Position numbers and translations under genes: made by a program
IMG/VR virus record: IMGVR_UViG_3300032216_001099
Span: 1 to 43,825 of that record
DNA length: 43,825 nucleotides
From: a virus
Lineage: Duplodnaviria > Caudoviricetes
Reading direction: 5' to 3' (one strand)
Part shown: in pieces, positions 7,201-15,037 of the stretch
Position numbering within the stretch: position 1 is the first letter of the stretch
How the letters are laid out: every line of letters starts with the position of its first letter
Notes under the pieces: generated by a model
Database searches by the model: none
Seen by the model: the letters and a program-made list of their open reading frames with translations, nothing else
Told to the model about the DNA's origin: nothing

Positions 7201-10167
7201 AATCAAAAACGCGTCGATCTGATCCTTTGAAAGCGAGTTAACGGCTTTACGTATTTCTTCTTTTACAGAATAAGAAGTCCCCGGCGCGGTTTTTATCGCT
7301 TCTCTAAGTGCGTCTTTGAACTTGTCTTGAATTCGTTCTTTGCTAGAAATGTAGGCAACAAACGCGTCCAATTCTTCCCGCGATATGACGCCGTTTCTGT
7401 AAGACTCCACAACTTCATTGATGTCGTCGTCAGTCTTACTGGCTTGCTCTGCCGCGTTACGCATGTCGTCACGCTGCCAGTCACTAAGCCTATAAGCTGG
7501 CTGACCTGTTTTTTGGTCGATTTTCAGATTGTTAGGTATGCTGCCCTGTGACAGATCGGTCGTAACTCTGACTTTTACCGGAGGGATTTCGTTTCTTTCA
7601 TAAAGCCTACGAATCTCCGCAAAACTACCTACCGACTTGAGATTGCCAACAGTGCCTTTGGGTAGCAGCATCTGAGGCGCTATTTCGACGCCTTTTTCTT
7701 CAAGCACCGAAAGCGCCTGCATCAATGCAATTGCTTTTTGCTGGCCTGAAGGCAGACCTCTAACGTCATCAAACGTGCCAATGTGCGGTTCAAACGCGGG
7801 GCGGTTTGCTTCAGCACGAACCATGTTGGCAAGCTGCATGGGAGCAATCTGCAATTTGATAGGGCCGCTCTCAGGCACTTCATCAGCAGTGAACGGCACA
7901 AACTTGTCGCCAACTTTCTTACCAAACAAATTGGCAAAGTCTAAATTGGAAATTTTTACGCCTTCAGGCAGCGTTTCTGGATCAATCTCAAGCTCAATAT
8001 TGATCCTGCCGTCTTTGTACTCTTCGCCCTGCATTACAATGCCGTCGGCTAGTTTAGTCGGTTTAGCCCGTCGGTAATTTTCATCAACTAACACGTCGCG
8101 AAGTTTGTTAATAGAGCCGTTGCCAGTAGGATCGCTAGGATCTTCTTTAATTTGAAACGGAGAGCGGCTGTCATCAAACTCGCCGACTCGCATGCCTTCT
8201 TGATCGCCAACAGTTACCATCGACCCTTTGCGGAGAGAGTCATTGTTTGTAACGTCTTCGGCAAGTTGGCTTGGATCACGCGGTCGGTCAATGGAAACCG
8301 ATTCGTTGTTGGATATGCCGCGCTCGGTTCCACCGCCCATACCAGAGTAAGCCTCAAACATCTTTTGTTCGGCTTCGGCTTCACTTGGCGGGGCTTCAAT
8401 AGCGGCCAATAGGTCGCGGAAATCTGTACCAGTGCGGGCTTTCCAAGAGTCAAGCCACGCAGCGCGTTCGGGTTTCGGATTTGCTTCTTTAGTTTCGGGG
8501 TCTACCCCAGTTTGGACGTCTGCAAATAAATAGGATTGATTGCGACGTGCAGTTAGCAGCAAGTTGCTTAGCTGCGACCGCTCTTCCGGGCTGGCTTCAT
8601 CGATCATTTTCTTGATGCCCGGATCAAAATTACGAGCTGCATCAAGAACAGTACGACGTTCGTTGATCGTGTACTGATGGCGCATGTCAAACGAGTTTTT
8701 CACGCCGGTGGCCGGCGCGTCTTTCTTAAACGCTTGCGCCATACCAGACCCAACTTCGGACAACCAGTTGCCAAACGACTTAGTGTCGTTGACCGCTTTT
8801 TTACCTAATTGAGTGCCTTGGAATACAAGGGCGTTGGTAAACTTTGTTCCGGTTTCAGCTTCCAGCGCCGACCTGAACATGTTCCATTGGGTCGTTGTAT
8901 AGGAGCCCAAATCGGAGGTGAACTCTATATATTCTTTTTGGTTTTCTGGCGAGACATTTTTCAGAATGTATTCGTCAACACTCCGCTTCAACCCGCTAAG
9001 TGCGTCGCCGGCGTTGTCTAGACCCTTGAGTCCGTATTGCTTCAAGACCTTAGCCTGTTCGCCAAGTCCGGCAATCTGGTCAAGCGTCATATTACCTACG
9101 TCTTCGCCAAATTTTTTAGGGTCTTTAACCGCGCTAGATATTCCGCTAATGAGGTCGTCCAGTGTAGGAAGCGCAGTATTTGCACGGCCGGTTACAGCTC
9201 CTGCCGCGTCACGCACCGCACCACGCACTGCGTCACTGGCCGGAGCTATATTGTCACGCACACTTTGTACAGTGCCGCCAATACCACCTAACCCGAGGCC
9301 GCTAATCGCGCCCTTAATACCAGCTTCGTGAGCCGCTCCAAAATCATAGCCCGTACGTCCAGTGGCGATATTTTGCGCAAGCTGGCCGGTAAGTTCTTGC
9401 CCATACTCAGTGCCGTATTCACCAACGCTAGCTTTCAATCCGGTCACACCGACGTTACGAACACCGTTCCAAAAACCGGGTGCCGTACGCGCCAGTTTAC
9501 CGATAAGGCGCGGAGCTATAATGGCGGCCGGCACAAGCTCTTCGGCAACCGCATTAACAGTCCCGCGAACAGAAGACAACGCGGCACGTTGCGCCGGTGT
9601 AGTGTTGGCCATGGCGACAGGGTCGTTGTGTAGCTGAAGTGCGGTTTCACCGCCTTCTTGCGGAAGCATGGCAGCGGCGCCGCCAATCAACGCACCTCGT
9701 CCGGCGGCAGCAATTGTTTTCCCTACTCCGGCCCCAATCGCGCCGCCGCCGAATGCGCCAGCGGCCATAGATGCGGCCGACGTAATACCTTCGCCAAACG
9801 AACCCGCAGCGTAGTCGGCGATTCCGCTTAGTCCGTCTTTCTTAGCTTCGTCATACGTGTTGTATCTTGGCGCCACACTTCTTGGCATGTCGCGAAGAGT
9901 CGCGTTGGCTTGATCAAACTGCGGCGCCGCCGCCTGCTGCGAAAACGGCTCTACGGCCTGCGCCACAAACGCTTTTGACGTGGCTAGCGCGTTGTAACCG
10001 GAACGGCGAAGACCCTTTTCAAATTCGCCCAGACGATTGACTGAATCGTAGTCGACTTGTGCCTGTTCTTCGGGCGAAACTTGTTCGCCAGAACCCAGCC
10101 TGTCCAGAAGATTGGCCCGCCGAGAAAGCGTGCCAGAGCCTCCGATGTCGTCTAGTAATCCAGCCAT
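1225..10167 (-). CDS. giant (~2980 aa) polyvalent-type protein, probable internal virion/ejected protein with two zincin-like HExxH domains
   Basis: Single uninterrupted ORF with AAGGA RBS before the ATG at 10167. Gly/Ala-rich hydrophobic N-terminus. HEFGH (4423-4437) with downstream EEWFAE, and HEAFH (3607-3621) with downstream EEAAA. Last gene of the structural operon. Confidence 0.8.
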   Translation of the reverse strand: MAGLLDDIGGSGTLSRRANLLDRLGSGEQVSPEEQAQVDYDSVNRLGEFEKGLRRSGYNALATSKAFVAQAVEPFSQQAAAPQFDQANATLRDMPRSVAPRYNTYDEAKKDGLSGIADYAAGSFGEGITSAASMAAGAFGGGAIGAGVGKTIAAAGRGALIGGAAAMLPQEGGETALQLHNDPVAMANTTPAQRAALSSVRGTVNAVAEELVPAAIIAPRLIGKLARTAPGFWNGVRNVGVTGLKASVGEYGTEYGQELTGQLAQNIATGRTGYDFGAAHEAGIKGAISGLGLGGIGGTVQSVRDNIAPASDAVRGAVRDAAGAVTGRANTALPTLDDLISGISSAVKDPKKFGEDVGNMTLDQIAGLGEQAKVLKQYGLKGLDNAGDALSGLKRSVDEYILKNVSPENQKEYIEFTSDLGSYTTTQWNMFRSALEAETGTKFTNALVFQGTQLGKKAVNDTKSFGNWLSEVGSGMAQAFKKDAPATGVKNSFDMRHQYTINERRTVLDAARNFDPGIKKMIDEASPEERSQLSNLLLTARRNQSYLFADVQTGVDPETKEANPKPERAAWLDSWKARTGTDFRDLLAAIEAPPSEAEAEQKMFEAYSGMGGGTERGISNNESVSIDRPRDPSQLAEDVTNNDSLRKGSMVTVGDQEGMRVGEFDDSRSPFQIKEDPSDPTGNGSINKLRDVLVDENYRRAKPTKLADGIVMQGEEYKDGRINIELEIDPETLPEGVKISNLDFANLFGKKVGDKFVPFTADEVPESGPIKLQIAPMQLANMVRAEANRPAFEPHIGTFDDVRGLPSGQQKAIALMQALSVLEEKGVEIAPQMLLPKGTVGNLKSVGSFAEIRRLYERNEIPPVKVRVTTDLSQGSIPNNLKIDQKTGQPAYRLSDWQRDDMRNAAEQASKTDDDINEVVESYRNGVISREELDAFVAYISSKERIQDKFKDALREAIKTAPGTSYSVKEEIRKAVNSLSKDQIDAFLILNELIPSPSSPDSKTGKAIIDKGEQVAELLSQYEATAAIAADPRGVLFGNGNRGDIELGAEVAATFSSKFNKFSKFTRSAAYKITASADQIDRNEEAFGASITGNNLDALRPTADEEYKAGLADPGARIGDYRGGTAGLSDKRQFSWLRNEIKTAPNFERLDQLFQRLESLDALPDQLYGSLRKLFDDRANELRQQPQGQSEVAAGQNESVQGLTEQQTAQIASVRDAITNAETVEELNTLAGEVVRMEADGILSESAASDIRTLWSDTKRAIQNQVAPPSRRSTEPDSRPIIPYRGRSDTPTPNTTPIVDDMGNVVNMVTGNPYAGTDNYGSTIRKNGSTAPANKSRSVVAAEREGANLTSGYKRTQEDVLAESNTRDFFNRSGQFDGATNFTLARKQPSGPYSLLAYIDKNGEWGKALINEALLARLNSNLNTNKELAAQLSSQGNTRPSRGRSDNSRNSPPIDRSFVGTEAPAETTAPARTPAPYTLFPNLDLSDARPHKYKDKDVAKAAKANMFIGRGSAESSTQHYADLLRAKHGPALWGNVNQSDPWAYSQDAHGGKEVRVFVSAEGDRAGRIKPDFKLIQIAMDQGATIITDDRKNRARPHNVGEREVANYLEDSIWASDVVYVETEPGVWKPDKPVSTTAPTSTTAPTSTTAPTSTSTSTVSSFLEQVRNAADVKQLNAINAAKAKDTNLSSEDKQSIARALTERARALRTSPAQTSQTTPAQTPQTTPNTSARMSGFATQMLNQINNAETVQQLNRLGQLLKAATISAEDKSQLSKAMNARSKALRNAPMNMDMADQAPSNQAPSNNVGLPDALNQAITSGRYDESGNSQRTVDGWAARYLPKGTQVRVVVLPKDTPGLKQYYEAQFGSFDVGVMKKVGMMSTGSDGVYRIVLWGTNPKVGRNSPVRLNTLAHEFGHVIQRAVFDKASKAVKKKLTKAYMADLRAFTKDPTKIGKLASPIRNISLKTLNELDAEIDAAQTSAELDAAIKKAINLSTAAGLAVARAYPAYVTSFEEWFAENFNKFVANDLNTAIKDPELRNFWQKLYDTLKHFYEHVIKPAEPNSTFLTYINALEAKNVKPPAAAAVTAVQKDFVERLEKLVGKRVRVKFNEVLDGTAVGEYTDLRAKVKKLGDERRGLLNANATKNALAIKALEEQIAKIQSDLGVLGLLRIATGAESNAGLVEHEAFHAAMSFFFSPEEKRILATAFTQGLVSKRLREYFKDSPEVLAAIDPKSEKYDPEEAAAYGFQVWSLNPEVLQMGEKAKTLFERFQEFIRGVLGLLTNEEKALLIMNDLASGRRADKGISPLARKLDVNRPWTERAQEMLADLGGVVKGFHDVLLTGVYERMQDTKNPWIAKIARLGYQNTGAEGGAGMVQRMIHQNTLFQNRIDGVFRGLSEDQLKQLHAAKIKAERPTDAALASAYDKVTDLYKDMYTYQKDAGVDVGHLDNYYPLSWSAEKVANDRDGFIAMLKTYQKELNTLMKTPEEIWQSISAYIERGEKFVNVMGSENEPIAEHSNDRTLDFISREDRMAFMEEDPLATVVRYAKQAVRQTEFVRSFGKGGAKLSAMKAKAVSEYGATPDEMKLVSDYLDGLLGNKEVGMNRQLKDLYGAMTVYQNIRLLPFSLFASLVDPLGIAVRSNSVGDAWGAFTYSLKNIFRDWREDYTPDQWELMAQDMGTITRAGTIVNADNLYTGVTLRGTTRKINDGFFKYNLLNGWIRNNTIMATKSAHLFMLRAANGKMWTAAQNERYLTELGVSADQVIEDSANEGILWRESDLKQHYVSEGMKEEQASLKAKEAATNIRNATEMFVRQALLNPSAAELPNWASNPYLLPIAHLKKFVWAFQSTITDRVKLEAQNENYQPMLVAALYVPGMIAATFLKDFVSNMGDEPPYKKDWGVVDYVKDGVLRSGLTGTGQFFTDVNADLMHGGEGWESLAGPTISQLKQGLKAASDGNPAALQKFIVKSLPANAVYDQWLTNY
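4757..4786. repeat. 15-bp tandem repeat x2 (QAPSN linker)
   Basis: TTTGACGGAGCCTGA twice. Confidence 0.85.
4990..5037. repeat. 24-bp tandem repeat x2 (AQT[S/P]QTTP linker)
   Basis: GGGCGTAGTTTGCG[G/A]AGTCTGTGC twice. Confidence 0.85.
5210..5269. repeat. 18-bp tandem repeat x3.3 (TSTTAP linker)
   Basis: GTGCTGGTAGGCGCGGTT three times, perfect. Confidence 0.9.
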
Positions 10168-10176
10168 CAAATTTCC

Positions 10177-13005
10177 TTACTTGTTAGTCGCCGGCGACAT
10201 CGCCTTAATCGCGTCGAGGTCTATGTTCCTCTGAGAGTCGCGCGTAAGAGTTGCCATCGGTATAGTGTAATCTTGGCCGCCACGACGTACGAGTACCGTC
10301 TTATCATAATCTGCATTATGAAACGGCAATTTAGAATACATCCAGTCGCCTAGACCAATGGTAGAAGTCGGATTCAAGAACCGAAGTTGGCTCAGATTAA
10401 TATCATCACCCCGCTTGATGTCTTTCGAGGTAACCAACTCACGAGTTGTCGGCGCGTTTCGTAAACCACTTTGTAGTTCACGCATAATGGCGTCCGTCGG
10501 ACGACGACTGTCTTGATAGTTTGCTAGAAGCTGCGTCCACTGGGCCGGCGGCAGGCGGTACGCATCTATACCTTTCTCGGCAGCTTGTGCAACCACCGAA
10601 GCTTCAAACAGGTTGTACGCATTTTCGTCAAATTCCGTTTCACCAGTAGGTTTGCCATCTTTCAGCACTGGTTTCTGGAACGAAGCGCTTGCCATCTTCT
10701 TAAGATCTGCGGCTCGGTCGTCAAGGTTCTTGGTTTCCGCAGCGGCACGCGTAGCATCATTGGCTTCGGATTGCTGAAGATACGATAGCAAGTTGCGCTC
10801 GCGGTCGGGCACCGCACTAGCGAACGGATCAGAATGCAGACGCTGCCATTCGCGCGCGACCAAATCGCGCATGCTAGGTTTTGGAGCTTCGACAGGGACT
10901 TCAGCAACACCGTTGTACTGTTTAAGCAGATTTGCTGAAGCATCGCCGGTTTTTTCCGGCTCGCTTGGCGCCACTGCGGCGGCGATTGCCTTATCCGCTC
11001 TAGCTGCCTCAGCGGCTTTGTTATCCTGCACGTCAGCAAAGTTATCGCGCAACGAATAATTGCTGCCAGTCATGAAATTGGCTGGAGCTAGCGCAATGTT
11101 GTCCACTATTGATGCGCCGGCATCGGACATAACGCCCAGCGAGCGGGCAAAGAGGTCTTTTGTACCCTGCGGCAGCCAAGCGGCTCTTGCCACCGGGTCC
11201 CACCCCAAACGCTTGTAATAGTCCTCCGTATCGGTGCCAAAACCGTGATACAAAGCGCCACCTGCTGCCGCGAGAGGAACAAACCTGCTAGCCCCAACGG
11301 CAAGCCGGGGTCCTACGGCCTTGGCTATACTACCTGCTCTTACGGCGCCACTGCGTAAACCTCTAAATACATCGCCAACAGTCGTCGTGTTTTCACCGTT
11401 AACTGCCGCCCGCCACCTGGTAGCTGCGTCCCGCCACGCTTGCCACCCGTTTGCTGAGCCGCCTGCTGAGCCGCCTGCCGGCCCGAATGGTCCCTTGGCC
11501 GGCCCCCAACTGCCTGAGCCGCTTGCGCCGCTTGCCCAACTGGGTCGAGCCGTAGGATTAGACGCCCCCCAAGTGCCGCCAGCTGCTTCCCGAATTGCCG
11601 CTTGCTGAGCCGCCGCTTGCCGAGCCGCCGCTTGCTGAGCCGCCGCTTGCTGAGCCGCCTCTTGCTGAGTCCATTGCTGAACCATTTGCCGCCATGTGGT
11701 TGCAGGTGCCGCCGCTTGCGAAGCCGCCGCTTGCGGAGCCGCCGCTTCCGCCGCCGCCGTCCGCCACCCGCTTGCAGTTGGCGCCCGCCACCCGTTCGCA
11801 GGTGCCTCCGCTCGCGAAGCCGCCTTCCACGTGTTTACAGGTTCATCCACTGGCGCCGCTTGCTGAAACTCCTTCCACCCGCTTACAGGCTTCCACCCGC
11901 CCTCCGCTGGCGGCAGCGCTCCCCGAGCCGCCGCGAGTTCCTCCGCCGCCGCCACTTCCTGAGGCGTCCGCAACTGCAAACCGTTTGCAGGTGCAGCCGC
12001 TTGCTGAGTCCCTTCCTGAACCAGTTGCCGCCATGTGGTTGCAGGTGCCTCCCCTTGCTGAATCGCCTGCCACCACGGGATTGCAGGTGCCGCCGCAGCC
12101 GCTTGATTCAACACACCGGGCGGCACACCCCCCATCATAAATCCGGGGGTTTTATCTTTTCCCATTCGGGTTGGGCCCGGCTCCTTTCCCGTGGCATCAC
12201 GGACAAGCTGATTTAGTTCTCGTACGCCTTGTGCGTAATCACCGCCGCCAACATGCGCAACAGTTTCCGGGTTCAACATGTATTCGCCGGGGCGAACTTT
12301 GGCGTCGATCGTGTCTTTACCTTCGTCTTGCGCAACGTCGCCAATCGGGCCGCCGTCGGCGCAATACATGACTTTGCCGCCTGTTTTGTAACCGGGCTGG
12401 CTCATTTTCGGCTTAACGCGCAAGCCGACCATACCTCCGTTTGCAAAATTCGACTTCGGCTTATGAGGCGTGTCCCACGATATACTGTTACCAAAATTGT
12501 CAGTTCTGCCTACCTCGTTACCGGCGGCATCTGTATTAGTAGTCCACGTACGATTCACAAACGAACTTGTCGGCTGCGGAGCCGTAGGTGGAGTTCCGGC
12601 GACAGGCGCCGGCGTAGCCGTTGATTGATTTCTAATAGATGCCGTCCCGTAAGGAGAAGGGCCGGTAATGGGGGCATCGGGAACTTTGGGGCCGTTGTAA
12701 ACAGTGCCGGGAGGCGCAAGAGGGTTGTAATTCTCATTCGGATCATAATATGGAACAGACGACATGCTTCTGAGGCCGAGCCCTTTAAATACTGCTGGAG
12801 AGCGCATGAACGGGCCCAAATTACCTTCAAACTGCCCGGCAGCTTGAAATCTTTTGGTGTCGTTATCAAACGCAGCGCTGTCCGCCAGCCGAGAATTGGT
12901 TTGGGCGTCTAACGCTTTAGCCTGAGCCTCGATGTCGTTAACAGCTAGCTTTTTGTCAAGCGCTTTCTCAAACAGGCCGCCGACGCCCCAGACGTTGCTA
13001 TCCAT
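10177..13005 (-). CDS. 942-aa probable ejection/internal virion protein with GG motifs and an Ala/Gln/Trp low-complexity region
   Basis: AGGAG RBS. FANGG/YKTGG/ADGG motifs followed by DTIDAKVRPGEYMLNPETV, a motif seen in phage tape-measure/ejection proteins. Lies next to the giant protein. Confidence 0.7.
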   Translation of the reverse strand: MDSNVWGVGGLFEKALDKKLAVNDIEAQAKALDAQTNSRLADSAAFDNDTKRFQAAGQFEGNLGPFMRSPAVFKGLGLRSMSSVPYYDPNENYNPLAPPGTVYNGPKVPDAPITGPSPYGTASIRNQSTATPAPVAGTPPTAPQPTSSFVNRTWTTNTDAAGNEVGRTDNFGNSISWDTPHKPKSNFANGGMVGLRVKPKMSQPGYKTGGKVMYCADGGPIGDVAQDEGKDTIDAKVRPGEYMLNPETVAHVGGGDYAQGVRELNQLVRDATGKEPGPTRMGKDKTPGFMMGGVPPGVLNQAAAAAPAIPWWQAIQQGEAPATTWRQLVQEGTQQAAAPANGLQLRTPQEVAAAEELAAARGALPPAEGGWKPVSGWKEFQQAAPVDEPVNTWKAASRAEAPANGWRAPTASGWRTAAAEAAAPQAAASQAAAPATTWRQMVQQWTQQEAAQQAAAQQAAARQAAAQQAAIREAAGGTWGASNPTARPSWASGASGSGSWGPAKGPFGPAGGSAGGSANGWQAWRDAATRWRAAVNGENTTTVGDVFRGLRSGAVRAGSIAKAVGPRLAVGASRFVPLAAAGGALYHGFGTDTEDYYKRLGWDPVARAAWLPQGTKDLFARSLGVMSDAGASIVDNIALAPANFMTGSNYSLRDNFADVQDNKAAEAARADKAIAAAVAPSEPEKTGDASANLLKQYNGVAEVPVEAPKPSMRDLVAREWQRLHSDPFASAVPDRERNLLSYLQQSEANDATRAAAETKNLDDRAADLKKMASASFQKPVLKDGKPTGETEFDENAYNLFEASVVAQAAEKGIDAYRLPPAQWTQLLANYQDSRRPTDAIMRELQSGLRNAPTTRELVTSKDIKRGDDINLSQLRFLNPTSTIGLGDWMYSKLPFHNADYDKTVLVRRGGQDYTIPMATLTRDSQRNIDLDAIKAMSPATNK
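11597..11669. repeat. 15-bp tandem repeat x~5 encoding AQQAA
   Basis: GCCGCTTGCTGAGCC units with single substitutions. Confidence 0.85.
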
Positions 13006-13015
13006 AATACTTCTC

Positions 13016-15034
13016 CTATGCGGAAAGAATTTGGCGATACGTTTCGGACTTTGAAGTCCCGCCGCCCCAATTAGAACTTAAGCCGTACGACACACCGGCG
13101 CTGGAACTGGTCGAGCCATTGCCAGAAGCCGACGCCGATACATGCAACGCGCTCATCGCGCCTTGCGCCAAACCAGCAAGAGCCTGAGCCTTGGCGGCCA
13201 AAGCCCCGGCGTTCATTTTCTCCTGCTCAGCACGAGCTTGGGCATTCAGCGCGTTGACGCGAGAAGCGTGTTCTGCTGCGGCCATGCTGTTAGACATTTT
13301 AGCCTCGTTAAGCTGAGCAAACGTTTTGTTGACCACAGATTGCGCGTTGGCATATTGGCCGTACGCGTTTGTTCTGGTCGACACCAATTCAGCTTGCGCC
13401 GCTATCCGTGCCGCCTGCGCTTTCACAAAACTTTCGTTAACGTCCGCCGCAGTTCTAAACGTCAGCAAATTAGCGTTCATCACGTCGGACTGCGCTGCAA
13501 CAAAAGTCTTAGAAGTATCTGATCTTTTAAGTAACTCTTGTATGTTCGCAGTATAAGCTCTGGAGTTCGTCTCGGACACTCCTACAGATGATGAAACTGC
13601 TTGTACTTGAGCTGCGTAGGCTTTTACTTCAGACGATGAAGCGTCAACCGCCGCTACGTACGCTCTAACGGCTTCTCGATATGCTTCGATATTTCCCAGA
13701 GCAACGTCAGACTGAGATTTAAGCCCGGCCAAACGCGTTTTGTAAAGCTCAAGCGGTAGCAGAGCCTTGCGAATATCGGCTTTGTAGACGTCTATTTGCG
13801 GACGTAGCGCTTCGACCTGAGCGTTGTAAATTTGAGTTCTAGCATCGTTTTCGGCTACGTCCGCCGTAGCGCCCTCAACCTGAACTTTGTACGCACCAAC
13901 CAATTCCAAATTGGCTTGAAGTTCTGCTTTGTACGCCTCGGCGACCATCTGACGGTCAGAACGTTCGGCGTTAAACAAAGCTAACGTGGCGTTAAACAAC
14001 TCAATTTGAGCTTGAACACGAATTTTTTCGAGTTCGACTTGCTCATCCAATTGGAGCAGATACACGTCGATCAGATTCTGCTCAAGCTCGTAATACATAT
14101 TGGCAAACAGCTGCGCGTCTTCAGCTGCTTGGGCGCTCAATTCGGTGTTAACTTTTGACGTTTCTTCGATTAGCTTTCTGGACGCTAGAAGCTCTATCTC
14201 GTTAACTTTGTCCACGGCCATGCCAGGAATCAAAGAAAAATTTCTAGCGGCGTACTCAACCATGACTTTGCGCACTTCGCGAGTCAGCTCAAAATCAATG
14301 TTTGACGCGGCTTCTTGAACCATACGCGCGCGTTGGCTTTCTATACCTGATCTAAGGTCGTCCTCAAACGTCGCTAATTTGGCCCGCAACCCAGTGTCGT
14401 AAGACGAACTTGAATTGCGCAACGCTACAAGGCGCGAATCGACTGAACTAATCAAAGAATCAATCTTAGCCATTTTCGCGTCAAGATCTTGTTTGGCGAC
14501 GCTTTTTTGAGGGAACGCAACGCTAAACGGCGGGATCGTAGGAAACTCAATCGTCGGGATTGTCACAGGTACAAGCGCCGGTGGCGCCGTGGCAGTTATC
14601 ACGGGCGCTTTAACATCGACTACCGTGTCCGGCGTAGGTTGGGTAGGTAACGCAGCGACCGGGTACGCCGTGGGAGGTTGCGGCAAAGTAATAGAGGGTC
14701 GGTCATCAGGCACTACCGGAGCCGCGTAGACCGCTGACGGAATATCGACCAGATCCGGTTGGCTCACATTACCCGTCGCGGTAAACGTAACTGATGCGGG
14801 ATTATTTTCTACTGACGGATCGGGGATACTGCCTAAACCAGAAAGCTGCTTAGGTTCGCCAAAATCGACGTTGCCAATGCTGGCCATATTGATGCCCGGC
14901 AATGTAAACGTACCTACGCCGTCAATCGCAGTATCCGCAGCCAATTTTGATTTTGTAGCCCATTGCTGGATAAGGTCCAGCTTTGAATTAACAATATCAG
15001 TGACGGACTCAATTTGGGTGTCGGCAAGGGCCAT
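13016..15034 (-). CDS. 672-aa Pro-rich plus coiled-coil virion protein (paralogue B)
   Basis: Long ORF in the operon; Pro-rich N-terminal third, heptad-rich body, C-terminal AQGAMSALHVSAS. Confidence 0.8.
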   Translation of the reverse strand: MALADTQIESVTDIVNSKLDLIQQWATKSKLAADTAIDGVGTFTLPGINMASIGNVDFGEPKQLSGLGSIPDPSVENNPASVTFTATGNVSQPDLVDIPSAVYAAPVVPDDRPSITLPQPPTAYPVAALPTQPTPDTVVDVKAPVITATAPPALVPVTIPTIEFPTIPPFSVAFPQKSVAKQDLDAKMAKIDSLISSVDSRLVALRNSSSSYDTGLRAKLATFEDDLRSGIESQRARMVQEAASNIDFELTREVRKVMVEYAARNFSLIPGMAVDKVNEIELLASRKLIEETSKVNTELSAQAAEDAQLFANMYYELEQNLIDVYLLQLDEQVELEKIRVQAQIELFNATLALFNAERSDRQMVAEAYKAELQANLELVGAYKVQVEGATADVAENDARTQIYNAQVEALRPQIDVYKADIRKALLPLELYKTRLAGLKSQSDVALGNIEAYREAVRAYVAAVDASSSEVKAYAAQVQAVSSSVGVSETNSRAYTANIQELLKRSDTSKTFVAAQSDVMNANLLTFRTAADVNESFVKAQAARIAAQAELVSTRTNAYGQYANAQSVVNKTFAQLNEAKMSNSMAAAEHASRVNALNAQARAEQEKMNAGALAAKAQALAGLAQGAMSALHVSASASGNGSTSSSAGVSYGLSSNWGGGTSKSETYRQILSA

Positions 15035-15037
15035 GGC

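Noticed and set aside
1225-10167. N4-type virion RNA polymerase, suggested by size and the N4-gp56-like capsid
   Set aside because: I could not find convincing single-subunit polymerase motifs, and HExxH modules point to a polyvalent protein. A profile search would be needed to exclude it fully.
11558-12216. Overlapping ORFs with striking repeats (PLAEP, LLSRR, GGSAS)
   Set aside because: Alternative-frame shadows of the GC-rich 15-bp repeat in the 942-aa gene
10177-13005. Classical tape-measure protein of a long-tailed phage
   Set aside because: No tail tube or chaperone genes recognisable; P22-like portal context favours an ejection protein
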